55,443 nt of DNA from Patescibacteria group bacterium (GTDB taxonomy: Bacteria > Patescibacteriota > Microgenomatia > UBA8517). Position 1 is the first letter of the stretch; every line of letters begins with the position of its first letter. The stretch lies in the NCBI GenBank assembly GCA_036835125.1, contig DAITMO010000001.1, forward strand, positions 1-55,443, given 5' to 3'. The notes below the pieces were generated by a model that saw nothing but the letters and a program-made list of their open reading frames with translations, searched no databases and was not told where the DNA came from. Shown piece by piece: positions 9,092 through 18,921 of the stretch. The translations under genes were made by a program, and so were the position numbers.

Positions 9092-9895
9092 TTATGGAGC
9101 CAACCATGTCTCACCATCACTTACAGGTTCATCAATAGAGCCTGGATCAATAGTATTCCCACCAGTACTTCCACCTCCACCACCAGCTGTCGTACCGGGA
9201 GCAAGACCGCCATTTCCATTCTCAACAACATTATTTGCAGCTCCACCAGTTTTCACTTCCACTGTTTTTATATCAGAAACACCTACTCCTCCTGCCGAAG
9301 TCCCTGGGGCGAAAATAAGCTTACCACCACCTTCATAAACAACTCCTGATTCTCCACCTCCAGGACCTGTGCCTGGTGCCCAAACATGTTCTACTTTTTG
9401 GAAAAATTCTGTTTGTCCTTCACTACCATTTACTACTATTATTCTTTCTGCAACTTGGTTTACCACTCTCTCTTGAACCTGTACTACCTCTTGTTTCAAA
9501 TTATCTCCTACCTGTGTTTTGATTTGTTCCATTGTTTTTTGCTGTTCTATTGTTCTTTCAGCAACTATACCCAAAACTTCTCCATCAACTTTTCCAAGTA
9601 AATCATTTTGTTTTTCTTTTATATTTAAATAACTTTGAACCATGTTTTGAGCTTTCTCTTCATCTCCCCCCTCAATATAGTTTTGGGCCCAGACTAGTCT
9701 TTTTTCTGCATTATTTTCTAGTACTTGAACTTTGTTTTCAGTTTTATAAGTGAAGAAATATACAACTGCTTCCTCTATTTTTGTTATTACAGTCTCTCCA
9801 GTGGTTAAAGTGTCTGCGGCTAAAGTGTTTTTTGGAAACAAGAAGATTAAAGTCAAAAAGAGTAAAGCTAAAGACAGAGTTTTTTTCAAAAACAT
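9092..9895 (-). CDS. Secreted DUF5667-like protein with Gly-rich C-terminus; likely start 9895
   Basis: Signal peptide ending NTLAA, helical region KIEEAVVYFFT..ENK...NNAEKRL; low-complexity G/T tail. Confidence 0.6.
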   Translation of the reverse strand: MFLKKTLSLALLFLTLIFLFPKNTLAADTLTTGETVITKIEEAVVYFFTYKTENKVQVLENNAEKRLVWAQNYIEGGDEEKAQNMVQSYLNIKEKQNDLLGKVDGEVLGIVAERTIEQQKTMEQIKTQVGDNLKQEVVQVQERVVNQVAERIIVVNGSEGQTEFFQKVEHVWAPGTGPGGGESGVVYEGGGKLIFAPGTSAGGVGVSDIKTVEVKTGGAANNVVENGNGGLAPGTTAGGGGGSTGGNTIDPGSIDEPVSDGETWLAP

Positions 9896-9989
9896 CTCTA
9901 AGGAAATATTACACCTTTTTGGCAAGTCAAATCAAACTATCTACTAGAAAAATATGTTTGGCTCTATATAATGATTTTAATTTAGTCTT

Positions 9990-10778
9990 ATGGCTATGCC
10001 CGAAGCTGACAGACCACGAGCTCAACAAGTATTAAACGATATATTTACTTCCTACGCCTCCTCTTACCCTTACAATTTGATAGCAGAACCACCTTTTATT
10101 GGGGTAACAGATGTTGATTTTGCTTTTGACAGAAGAAATAAAATACTTCCACTGGTTTCCTCCCCTGAGTGGGATAGTCCTAGAAAAGAAAGAGATTCAT
10201 TTTTATCAGAATGGATTGTAATGCTTGGTTTCAAACGAATAATGGAAAGGTCAGGTTTAAATATAGAACTTGCTCCTCCTTATATGGAAATTGGAGCAAA
10301 TGGAAGAAAGGGAGTAGATCTTGTTGCGTCAAGATTTATAGAGAAAAAAGGAAGATATTTGCCTACATTTGCTATAAATGTAAAATTACAGCAATTAAAG
10401 CAAGGCAAGAGAACTGAAGTATATAAATACGATAGTCTTTTGGGTTGTCCTGCGGTTGAACTTTCATTGGGAGATTTTTCAATACAAACTAAAAAATCAG
10501 GTGAAGTTTCTATTGTCCCCTGGCTTAGACAAGTAGCTACACCAAATATTACAAATTCAGGAAAGATTCCAGATTTTTATTCATGGCAAAACTTCTTAAT
10601 ACAAAAAGTTTCTAAAACAATTTCTCACTATATGATCAAAATTGATGATTATTTATATGGTGATTACAAACCATCAAAAAATGAAACACACTTATTCCCC
10701 ACTAATGAATATGAATTTGAACGATTCTATAAAAACCTGACTTTTTCTTATTTGTTTTTTAAAGAGATGGGGAAATAA
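9990..10778 (+). CDS. Hypothetical protein, possible PD-(D/E)xK nuclease fold
   Basis: Helix with SEW, then GVDLV and FAINVK arranged like E..D..(E/N)xK. Confidence 0.5.
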   Translation: MAMPEADRPRAQQVLNDIFTSYASSYPYNLIAEPPFIGVTDVDFAFDRRNKILPLVSSPEWDSPRKERDSFLSEWIVMLGFKRIMERSGLNIELAPPYMEIGANGRKGVDLVASRFIEKKGRYLPTFAINVKLQQLKQGKRTEVYKYDSLLGCPAVELSLGDFSIQTKKSGEVSIVPWLRQVATPNITNSGKIPDFYSWQNFLIQKVSKTISHYMIKIDDYLYGDYKPSKNETHLFPTNEYEFERFYKNLTFSYLFFKEMGK

Positions 10779-10832
10779 ATTGGATGAGCATCATGGTCTA
10801 GAACCCTATTGTCCTATAACCAATGTTTCACT

Positions 10833-12518
10833 TTACTTACTGACTATAAAATCTCCAATAACAAGATGGTCTATTGGGTTTGAAAGAAAATCTTTTAACG
10901 CCTGGCGTGGATTTTCTACAATCGGCTCACCATCAACATTAAAACTGGTATTTAAAATACAAGGTATTCCAGTAGACTTATAAAACTTCTTGATTAGTTT
11001 ATAATACCTTCCATCTTCCCTGTTTACCATCTGAATTCTACAAGTATTATCTCTATGGACAATCGCAGATATTAAACTTTTTTTATTTTCTTTTACACAA
11101 AAACAAAAGTTCATAAAAGGAAAATTTGAGAAAGTCTTAGGTATTTCAAAAAGATCTTGTACATTTTCCTTAAGAACTGAACCCGCAAAGGGTCTAAACT
11201 TCTCTCTCCTCTTAATCAAATTTACAAACGATTTCATTTTATTATGCTTAGGGTTAGCTATAATTGATCGGGATCCGAGAGCTCTTGGCCCAAATTCCAT
11301 TTTTCCCTGAAACCATCCTAAAATATTATCTTTTACCAGTTTGTCGACGCAGCTGTCTAAAAGTTTTTCCTCGCTTTCAAATTTCTTATACTTAACACAT
11401 GAATCTTTGAGAATATTTTCAATATAATCATTCCTAAATGAAGAGCCAAGGCATAGGTTCGAAATTTGTTCTCGCCCCGGTTTATTTAAAACAGACTTAT
11501 ATACACATAAAGCAGCCCCAATTGCTGCTCCGTCATCGCCAGCTGCCCCAAAATTATAAATTTCTTTAAACAATGTATTTGCATATATTCTTCCATTAGC
11601 TAAAGAGTTTAAAGCAACTCCACCGCCTAGACATAAATTATCGCAGTCAGTTAAGCTGTGTAAATAACTAAGTATTCGAAAATAAATCATCTCTGTTACT
11701 GCTTGAACGCTGGCCGCTAGGTTTCTATCCCTTTCTGTAATTTTTCCGCCATATTTCCTCGGTTTCCCAAATTCTTTCTCAAACATTGGACTCCACATCT
11801 TAAAAGACTCCCTAAATGAGTAAAATTTTAAATTAAGTTTGAAACTTCCATCATTTTTTATATCTATCGTTTTTAAAATTTTGTTGACATATGCCGGCTT
11901 TCCATAAGCAGCAAGCCCCATCATTTTGTATTCGTCGTTATTAACCTTGAAACCTAAAAATGAGGTGAAGGTTGAATAAAAAAGACCTAGTGAGTGAGGA
12001 AAATTAATATTTTTTAAAGATTTTAATTGATTTCCGGTGGCCTTCCAAAGAACTGTTGTTTCATATTCACCAACGCCATCTATGGTTAAAACAGCTGCTT
12101 TTTTGAATGGGGACGGAAAATAAGATGCAGCAGCATGAGACATGTGATGCGGAATATAAAATATATCGTTCTTAAATTTAAGCTTTTTCCTTATAATATT
12201 TTCTATTTTAATTTTATAATCTAGCCACTCTGGCATACCTTTTATAAAAGGAGTTAAAGATTTTGGATACGTTTGCACAAACGTATCAATTATTCTCTCA
12301 AATTTCAAAAGGGGCTTTTCATAATATCCGATAAAATTTATATCGGATATCTTTAAATTAAACTCCTTTAAGCAATGTATTGCTGCATTATAAGGAAAGC
12401 TATTATCGTGTTTTATTCTCGTAAAGCGCTCTTCTTCAAATGCGCACAAAACCTTTCCGTTCCTAATTAAAGCCGCTGCACTATCGTGATAATAAGATGA
12501 GATACCAAGTATATACAT
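10833..12518 (-). CDS. Carbamoyltransferase (NodU/CmcH/SxtI family)
   Basis: YHDSAAAL, EEERFTRIKH, HHMSHAA, DGVGE, GGVALN, EFGPRALGSRSI, LNTSFN. Confidence 0.95.
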   Translation of the reverse strand: MYILGISSYYHDSAAALIRNGKVLCAFEEERFTRIKHDNSFPYNAAIHCLKEFNLKISDINFIGYYEKPLLKFERIIDTFVQTYPKSLTPFIKGMPEWLDYKIKIENIIRKKLKFKNDIFYIPHHMSHAAASYFPSPFKKAAVLTIDGVGEYETTVLWKATGNQLKSLKNINFPHSLGLFYSTFTSFLGFKVNNDEYKMMGLAAYGKPAYVNKILKTIDIKNDGSFKLNLKFYSFRESFKMWSPMFEKEFGKPRKYGGKITERDRNLAASVQAVTEMIYFRILSYLHSLTDCDNLCLGGGVALNSLANGRIYANTLFKEIYNFGAAGDDGAAIGAALCVYKSVLNKPGREQISNLCLGSSFRNDYIENILKDSCVKYKKFESEEKLLDSCVDKLVKDNILGWFQGKMEFGPRALGSRSIIANPKHNKMKSFVNLIKRREKFRPFAGSVLKENVQDLFEIPKTFSNFPFMNFCFCVKENKKSLISAIVHRDNTCRIQMVNREDGRYYKLIKKFYKSTGIPCILNTSFNVDGEPIVENPRQALKDFLSNPIDHLVIGDFIVSK

Positions 12519-12522
12519 ATAA

Positions 12523-12717
12523 CTAGTAGGGCGAAGAAAAATAGTTTTTCTTATCTAACACATCTGAAGGATTCTGCCAATAACTTTGTTCATTTGGATT
12601 ATCAAAGATGTACCTTAAACGATAAATTATAAATACAAACCCTATTACCAATAAATAAAAAACAAAGAGGATTGATGCTACAAAAGCCTGATTCAATAAT
12701 TTAATTACTTTCCTCAT
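12523..12717 (-). CDS. Short SxtJ-like membrane protein; start 12717 overlaps the upstream stop
   Basis: MRKVIKLLNQAFVASILFVFYLLVIG...SYWQ...YFSSPY resembles the SxtJ C-terminal region; position between DUF5989 and carbamoyltransferase. Confidence 0.6.
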   Translation of the reverse strand: MRKVIKLLNQAFVASILFVFYLLVIGFVFIIYRLRYIFDNPNEQSYWQNPSDVLDKKNYFSSPY

Positions 12718-12866
12718 ATAAGCGGATACAAAAAGACAGGAACCGGAGAAAGTTGAGCAGCAATAATCACTACTGAAATAATAATTAAGGCAATTATAAT
12801 TGGTATTAACCAAAATTTTTTGGACTTTGAAATCAATATAAAAAGCTGTTTAATTACTTCTAGCAT
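12714..12866 (-). CDS. DUF5989/SxtK-like 50-aa membrane protein (not in the ORF track)
   Basis: MLEVIKQLFILISKSKKFWLIPIIIALIIISVVIIAAQLSPVPVFLYPLI; KKFWL.P and P..F.Y signature; ATGA coupling to the next gene. Confidence 0.8.
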   Translation of the reverse strand: MLEVIKQLFILISKSKKFWLIPIIIALIIISVVIIAAQLSPVPVFLYPLI

Positions 12867-13006
12867 AAATCAGATCCATTATACCAAATACAATTGTTTA
12901 AAAATACATAATATTTTCAATATTTCTTAGTAACATAATTAGCCTATACAGAAGTCTTATTTCGGCAAAAATAGTATCTTAATATTGTTTATTGTATTAT
13001 TAACAA

Positions 13007-14188
13007 ATGAAACCGAGGATATTTTTTGCAATCATTTTTATACAGATATTAGTAACCGTAATCATTTTTTTTCAAATTCGTAATAGATCTTTCAGCACGT
13101 TTAACATATCAGGTAATAAATATGAAAATGAGAGAATACAAGAGTCTCTTGCAACGAATAACTCCAGTTACGCTTTACATCCATATTTGGGTTTTGTCTT
13201 AGATTATGGAATTGATCCAAACAGTAATAAATTTGGTTTCAATGGCCAAGATATCACTTTTAAAAACAACAGTAACGATTACATCGTTGGAATTTTTGGT
13301 GGCTCAGTAGCACAAATTTATTATGCTGAAGAAAAGGATAACTTTATAAAAGAATTAAACTCGAGGTTAAAAAACAAGAACATTAAAGTTTACTCTTTTG
13401 CATTGGGTGGTTATAAACAACCTCAACAATTAATGACCCTGCAATATCTACTTGCACTAGGTTATAAATTTGACCTTATTATCAATATTGATGGATTTAA
13501 CGAGGCAGCACTTCCGTTTAGTGAGAATTACCAAGATAATGTTTCAACTTATTTTCCCCGAGGTTGGATCCTATATTCAACACAATATTTTGACAAATCT
13601 ACAATTTCACTTATCAATACAATTAACTACTTAAAATCAATTAAAAATTTCTTCACAAAACTTCCATCTAATCTAGTATATTTTCCTAATATCATAGTTA
13701 ACAGCCTATACAACAAAAGCGAGTTAAATTTAGACAAAAGATTAAACCAAATTATGAAAACATATCAGACAAAAGGACCAGAACCATACATGGATAAATC
13801 CGAGAATGGAATTGAGCAAGATATTGTTAATGTGTGGTACAACTCCTCCTTGCAAATGGCACGTATTGCAAAATCAAATAATATTCAGTATTTAGAATTT
13901 CTGCAGCCAAATCAATATTTACCAAACTCAAAGCATTTTTCTCAAGAAGAATTAAACAAATATGTCAATATAAATCATCCATATGCTTATGCTACTAAAG
14001 AAATCTACCCTAAAATTATAGAGAGATTGCCAGAATTAAAAGAGAATGGTGTGTCAATTTACGACCTCACAAATATATTTATAAATGAATATGGTTCAAT
14101 TTATAACGACAACTGTTGCCATTATAACGAAAGGGGATTTTCTTTAATGACAAAAAATATCATCCCCACAATTAAAGTAAATTACTAA
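13007..14188 (+). CDS. Membrane-anchored SGNH/GDSL-hydrolase-like protein
   Basis: N-terminal TM; GIFGGSVA (block I), GGYKQPQQ, DGFNE (block III), DNCCHY (DxxH). Confidence 0.75.
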   Translation: MKPRIFFAIIFIQILVTVIIFFQIRNRSFSTFNISGNKYENERIQESLATNNSSYALHPYLGFVLDYGIDPNSNKFGFNGQDITFKNNSNDYIVGIFGGSVAQIYYAEEKDNFIKELNSRLKNKNIKVYSFALGGYKQPQQLMTLQYLLALGYKFDLIINIDGFNEAALPFSENYQDNVSTYFPRGWILYSTQYFDKSTISLINTINYLKSIKNFFTKLPSNLVYFPNIIVNSLYNKSELNLDKRLNQIMKTYQTKGPEPYMDKSENGIEQDIVNVWYNSSLQMARIAKSNNIQYLEFLQPNQYLPNSKHFSQEELNKYVNINHPYAYATKEIYPKIIERLPELKENGVSIYDLTNIFINEYGSIYNDNCCHYNERGFSLMTKNIIPTIKVNY

Positions 14189-14258
14189 AAATTTTAACTA
14201 AAAGTTATTCAAATATAAATCATCTTCAATACAAATTTGCCCATATGATCATTGTTTT

Positions 14259-14468
14259 TTAACTTATCGAGATAGCTATTTTTTCGGGAAAATTTACTTC
14301 TCGCATTAATTCTACACAACAACCTTTAGGTGTCTTAGCTGTTAGCTTAACGGCATCAACTTTTTCCCACATAACTTCATTAACCTTCATGCCCAACAGT
14401 TCTTTCAAACTATTTTTATACGTCTTTATTGCTCGTATTTTACGATCTCTAGATTCAACTTGACACAT
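14259..14468 (-). CDS. Hypothetical protein (69 aa)
   Basis: GGAGG SD just upstream of the ATG; no motif. Confidence 0.5.
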   Translation of the reverse strand: MCQVESRDRKIRAIKTYKNSLKELLGMKVNEVMWEKVDAVKLTAKTPKGCCVELMREVNFPEKIAISIS

Positions 14469-14516
14469 CTAACCTCCAAAGATAGTTTAATTTAAATAGC
14501 ATAAACTAATCGTTTC

Positions 14517-14540
14517 TGGCTCGGGAAAAGAGATTCGAAC
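14517..14540 (-). repeat. Degenerate copy of a tRNA 3' end
   Basis: GTTCGAATCTCTTTTCCCGAGCCA vs tRNA-Gln 3' end GTTCGAATCCAGGTTCCGCAGCCA (18 of 24 identical), about 110 nt downstream of the tRNA; no complete cloverleaf. Confidence 0.5.
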
Positions 14541-14650
14541 GGAGGTTTTTTGAGGATAAACGATGGTTATAGTCCTCGCTTTTAAAAATAGCTTTTTTGA
14601 AGGAAAATATGGGATATTCGAGGCACTCGGGTCACTTGGGGTGCATAGAC

Positions 14651-14724
14651 TGGCTGCGGAACCTGGATTCGAACCAAGATAACTGGGACCAAAACCCAGA
14701 GTCCTACCGTTAGACGATTCCGCA
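14651..14724 (-). tRNA. tRNA-Gln (TTG), CCA encoded
   Basis: Acceptor TGCGGAA/TTCCGCA, anticodon arm CTGGG-TTTTGGT-CCCAG, T-loop TTCGAAT. Confidence 0.95.
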
Positions 14725-14801
14725 TTATTTACACCAACCATGCGTATTTTATCACTTGATTGGGGAAATGGCCAAGATTATTTTGTTATTGAAGCTATTG
14801 T

Positions 14802-15437
14802 TTAAGAAATCAGAAATTTTAAAATACTCATAACACTTTCACACACTTCCTCTATGGGACGGTCTGCATCTATATCAACAATAGTCCAACCTTTTTGTGA
14901 CTGAATTGTACTAATTCTATCATCTAAATTTTTGTAGAATTCTGAATGCCTTTTTGAAATACCTTCTGTCGTGTCATCTTCTCTGTGTCTAGAACCAGTT
15001 AGCAATCTTTTTATGCATGTTTCGTTGGAGGCCTGAAGATAGAATAGAATTATTGATCCGTTTTTGCCGGTTTCTTCTAGTATTTTTGGTAATCCTTTTA
15101 TTTCTTCAACAGTTCTAAAACCTCCATCAATAATGAATCCTTTTTCTGTATCTGGATTTTCTAATCTTTTCTTAACAAGTTCTAGCAAGGTCTTTCCATC
15201 AAGATAGACATGATCTGAAAGAATCTTTCTACATTTATCTCCAGTTTCACTGGGATCATTTTTAGCTAAATCACGGATTATATCTCCTGTAGAAAAAGTT
15301 GCTTTTCCTGTAATCTCCCCCACCATTTTTGCTATTGTGGTTTTTCCAACACCCTCGGGTCCAATAAAACCAATGTTTATGTTACCCAAATTTAATTTTT
15401 CTTTTATTTCTTTCGTTTCTTTTGCTTCTATAAACAT
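14802..15437 (-). CDS. adk: Adenylate kinase family nucleoside monophosphate kinase; likely start 15437
   Basis: GPEGVGKTT P-loop, STGDIIR, GFIIDGG.RT, short LID R.DD. Confidence 0.8.
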   Translation of the reverse strand: MFIEAKETKEIKEKLNLGNINIGFIGPEGVGKTTIAKMVGEITGKATFSTGDIIRDLAKNDPSETGDKCRKILSDHVYLDGKTLLELVKKRLENPDTEKGFIIDGGFRTVEEIKGLPKILEETGKNGSIILFYLQASNETCIKRLLTGSRHREDDTTEGISKRHSEFYKNLDDRISTIQSQKGWTIVDIDADRPIEEVCESVMSILKFLIS

Positions 15438-15500
15438 GTTTGCAATATCACTGCTTTTATCACACAAAAAGAAACTATTTCAATAGGAGAAATTGAAGTG

Positions 15501-15575
15501 TGACCCCATTGGGATTCGAACCCAAGAATTTTCGGGATGAAAACCCGACGTCCTAGACCGCTAGACGATGGGGCC
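15501..15575 (-). tRNA. tRNA-Glu (TTC), CCA not encoded
   Basis: Acceptor GGCCCCA/TGGGGTC, anticodon loop TTTTCAT, TTCGAAT. Confidence 0.95.
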
Positions 15576-15601
15576 GTAAAAAAGTTACGACCAATTACCT
15601 G

Positions 15602-15673
15602 TGAGCCCAACAGGACTCGAACCTGTAACCGCTTCCTTAAAAGGGAATTGCTCTACCATTGAGCTATGGGCCC
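15602..15673 (-). tRNA. tRNA-Lys (TTT), CCA not encoded
   Basis: Acceptor GGGCCCA/TGGGCTC, anticodon loop CTTTTAA, T-arm ACAGG-TTCGAGT-CCTGT. Confidence 0.95.
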
Positions 15674-15805
15674 TCACATGAGGCATATTATAACTCATTT
15701 TTCATGGCTACTCCACACCGAAGACAAATTCCTTCAGTCCAACCGGTAATTTTTCTATTTAAATGAGTTTCTTACCAATTTTGACACACAACCAAAAAAA
15801 TAATT

Positions 15806-17413
15806 CTATTCTGTAAATATCTCTTCTTTTTTGGCTCTTACGAAGTGTACCCACTCCTCAAGAACTGCTAGGAAGGCTTTTAAGGGTGCTTCAATTATGA
15901 AATCAAAGATGAAACCTAGTACATTTAGTTTTGCTATTTGGGAGGAAAGCCAAGACCCCACTCTGATAATTGGAAGGAATAAAAAGTCAATGGTGGAAGA
16001 TATAACTCCTTCTTTAGATTCTTGATATATATAATCTTTTGAAATGCTACGTACTCTATATGCAAAGAATGAAACCACACAAAGGAAGAATATGAATATT
16101 GCCTGGGAAACGATATTAAAGTGAAGCCTTCCTAGACCCCAGAAAATAAATACAAATACTCCAATAAATAGTATTAAATAAATAATTGAGAACACTCTTT
16201 CAATAACACTTTTAGCCTTCTTTTTCTTACCTACCTCTATGATTTTTGAAACATCTTCGGTATATAAATATTCGTCTATTTTCTCAATTATTTGATTGGT
16301 ATTTTCTTCACTAGGAGTATGAATTTTTGCGTTTAAAAGGAACATTAGGCTAGGGGGAAAAAGAAGATTTATTCCAAGAGCCAAAAAGTTTGTCCTTCCC
16401 AGAAAAAGATCAAAAGGAAGCTCTAAGGCTAACCCTAAAACCATTTTTGTTAAAAAGATGTAAATAATACTTCTAGTTGACGCCCTAACTGATCTTCCTC
16501 TATTTTCTTCATACAGTCTTTCTAAAAGATCTTTGGTTTCTTTTTTTAATTCTTCTCTATTTTCAACTGTTTGAATAAATTTTTCAGGTTCTCTAATGAC
16601 CATCTCACGAATAACATTAAAGGGAGCTGACAACTTCCCCACTTCTCTTTTTACCTCCAATTTTAGTGGAAAAGATAAATCGCTATCTACTTCTTTTTTG
16701 GCTTCTAAAAATTCGTTGAATACATCTTTTGTATCGTTGGGAGCTGTTTTAAACCATTTTGGATACACTCCTTTTAAAAGATGGTATGCAATAAATATTT
16801 CGCTATTTTTGGCAAATGCACGCTCGGTAGCAATATAGACTTGAATATCTTTTTCTTTTTCATTTGTTACTCCGGTAATAGAAATTCTGGGTTGTAAACT
16901 TTCAGATACAAAATTAATTAGAAGCTGTGGGTATGGATTAAATACCAATGACTCTTCTATCTCACACCCTGCAAGTTGAAGTAGCCATTCCTTTAAGTCT
17001 CTATCACCTTTAGTGACTAACTTATCTTGAGAAGTTTCATCTTGTACTGTCTTAAATGCTATCTGGTATCTATCTATAATGTCTTCAATATCCGCAATTT
17101 TACTTACAGGAACACTACTATCTTTCATATATCTTGCCCAAACAAGCTCACGCAGAAGTAGTGGAGCAACCTTTTCTGATGGTTCTTTTAAAATTAACCT
17201 TCGTCTTAAGATCCTTACAATTGCTGCCTGGCGAATCAAATGATCACTTCTAAACTCAACTGCGTTTCTGGCAGCCTCGTATGCTACTGCTAAAGCTGAG
17301 GCGGCATCAGTGGTTTTGATTGTTTCTCCACTAGATTCAAGTTTTTTTAATGCAAAGCCAACTCCTTTTACAAAACTCACACCACTCTGGTTGAGGCTAT
17401 CCATATTCATCAA
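15806..17413 (-). CDS. Hypothetical polytopic membrane protein (535 aa)
   Basis: Long ORF with soluble N-terminal helical domain and 4-5 C-terminal TM segments. Confidence 0.8.
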   Translation of the reverse strand: MMNMDSLNQSGVSFVKGVGFALKKLESSGETIKTTDAASALAVAYEAARNAVEFRSDHLIRQAAIVRILRRRLILKEPSEKVAPLLLRELVWARYMKDSSVPVSKIADIEDIIDRYQIAFKTVQDETSQDKLVTKGDRDLKEWLLQLAGCEIEESLVFNPYPQLLINFVSESLQPRISITGVTNEKEKDIQVYIATERAFAKNSEIFIAYHLLKGVYPKWFKTAPNDTKDVFNEFLEAKKEVDSDLSFPLKLEVKREVGKLSAPFNVIREMVIREPEKFIQTVENREELKKETKDLLERLYEENRGRSVRASTRSIIYIFLTKMVLGLALELPFDLFLGRTNFLALGINLLFPPSLMFLLNAKIHTPSEENTNQIIEKIDEYLYTEDVSKIIEVGKKKKAKSVIERVFSIIYLILFIGVFVFIFWGLGRLHFNIVSQAIFIFFLCVVSFFAYRVRSISKDYIYQESKEGVISSTIDFLFLPIIRVGSWLSSQIAKLNVLGFIFDFIIEAPLKAFLAVLEEWVHFVRAKKEEIFTE

Positions 17414-17466
17414 AGGATAGTAGTAAAACTCACCAAAGTCAAAGACTTTGATATAATCAAAAACAT

Positions 17467-18009
17467 ATGGAAAAATTTAAACTTGGAGCAAAGGCATTAA
17501 GAAAAACTAAACCAACCCCCAAAACATTCAAAACGATTAAAAGAAACCCAATATATTTAGTTTTAGATCGAGTAATAGATACCTACAATATTGGCTCTTT
17601 ATTCCGTCTTTCTGATGCTATTGCTGCTCAGGAATTATACATTTGTGGAGACTCTGAGTACCCTCCAAATAGTAGAATACACAAAGCAGCGATCGGAACT
17701 GAAGAATGGGTTCCTTGGAAAAAATTTGAAAATACAAGTGATGCTATTGTCAAATTAAAGAAAATGGGTGTTCAAATAATTGCTGTCGAACAGTCCAAAA
17801 ATTCTATTCCTATGTCAGAAATTACTTCGCATATTCAATTCCCTTGTGCAATAGTTGTTGGAAATGAAACAGATGGAATAAGTAGTGAGGTCTTAGATAT
17901 GTCTGATATTGTGGTTGAGCTTCCAATGTTTGGAGTTAATAAATCTTTAAATGTTTGGGGAACTGCAGCTATTGCTGCATACAAAATCATTGAATCTTTA
18001 AAGGTCTAA
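17467..18009 (+). CDS. TrmH/SpoU family RNA 2'-O-methyltransferase
   Basis: LDRVIDTYNIGSLFR, VVGNETDG, LPMFGVNKSLNV SPOUT motifs. Confidence 0.92.
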   Translation: MEKFKLGAKALRKTKPTPKTFKTIKRNPIYLVLDRVIDTYNIGSLFRLSDAIAAQELYICGDSEYPPNSRIHKAAIGTEEWVPWKKFENTSDAIVKLKKMGVQIIAVEQSKNSIPMSEITSHIQFPCAIVVGNETDGISSEVLDMSDIVVELPMFGVNKSLNVWGTAAIAAYKIIESLKV

Positions 18010-18012
18010 GTA

Positions 18013-18834
18013 TTATTTGAGAGCCTCATCAACTGCGGACTGCATATCAGAAAAGCTGTATGCACCTGCAAAATTGGTTGTGTTAACAAAGAAGCCTGGT
18101 GTTCCTTGGATTCCTAAAGATATCGCTAAATCCTGATCACTTCCAAGTCTTGCATCATATTTTCCACTATCAAGACAAGATTTCATCGCTCCTGTATCAA
18201 CCACACTCTTTAAGAAATTAGCCATATCTCCTGATTTTGTTGTGTCATTTCCAATAACCAATGTGGCATTTTTCCCTTGTGAATCAGCACCGTTTTGTAT
18301 GGCATAACCTGGATCACTCATCAAAAGAGATTTTGCTTCCCAGAACTTACCTTGTTCATTAGCACAGTAAAGAGCTTTCATTGCCATTTCTCCGTTTCCA
18401 TGTCCAGGATAATAAATATAAACAAATGAAGCTTTTCCTTCTTTTACAAGCTTTTCCATTTCGGCAACTGGAGGGTTATATGTTCCACCCTCACTTACAT
18501 ATTTGAATCTTGCTCCAACTGCTTCAGCCAGTTTTGAGTTATGTCCACCTGCAATGTGACAATATGGACAAGAAGGATCACTCATTTCAACAAAAATTAG
18601 TTTACTGTCTTTGTTTCCAAACTTGATTAAATCCTTATCAAACAATCCTTTTATTGTGTCTATAGAAACCTCTACCTGTGTTGTTTCTGGGGTTGTTGCA
18701 GTATTTGCTGTTCCCTTTTCTATATTTTTTACTTTTTGAAATAATGTGCCTGAGAAGAAGGCAAGACCAATTGAAATCGCGACTAAAGCTGGAATAAAAA
18801 ACTGTTTTATTCCTTCTGAAGATTTTTCTGACAT
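18013..18834 (-). CDS. Membrane-anchored DsbA family thiol-disulfide oxidoreductase
   Basis: TM anchor, SDPSCPYCH, GIQGTPGFFVN, GAY. Confidence 0.9.
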   Translation of the reverse strand: MSEKSSEGIKQFFIPALVAISIGLAFFSGTLFQKVKNIEKGTANTATTPETTQVEVSIDTIKGLFDKDLIKFGNKDSKLIFVEMSDPSCPYCHIAGGHNSKLAEAVGARFKYVSEGGTYNPPVAEMEKLVKEGKASFVYIYYPGHGNGEMAMKALYCANEQGKFWEAKSLLMSDPGYAIQNGADSQGKNATLVIGNDTTKSGDMANFLKSVVDTGAMKSCLDSGKYDARLGSDQDLAISLGIQGTPGFFVNTTNFAGAYSFSDMQSAVDEALK

Positions 18835-18921
18835 GGGATAATTCTCTACTAATTTTGATATGTTGTCAACTTTACTTCCTTGATTACTAACAATTATGTT
18901 TTGTTTTTGAAGTTCTTTTGA

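Noticed and set aside
10833-12866. Saxitoxin or other secondary-metabolite cluster
   Set aside because: Only the widespread sxtI/J/K-like trio is present; no sxtA, PKS or amidinotransferase genes
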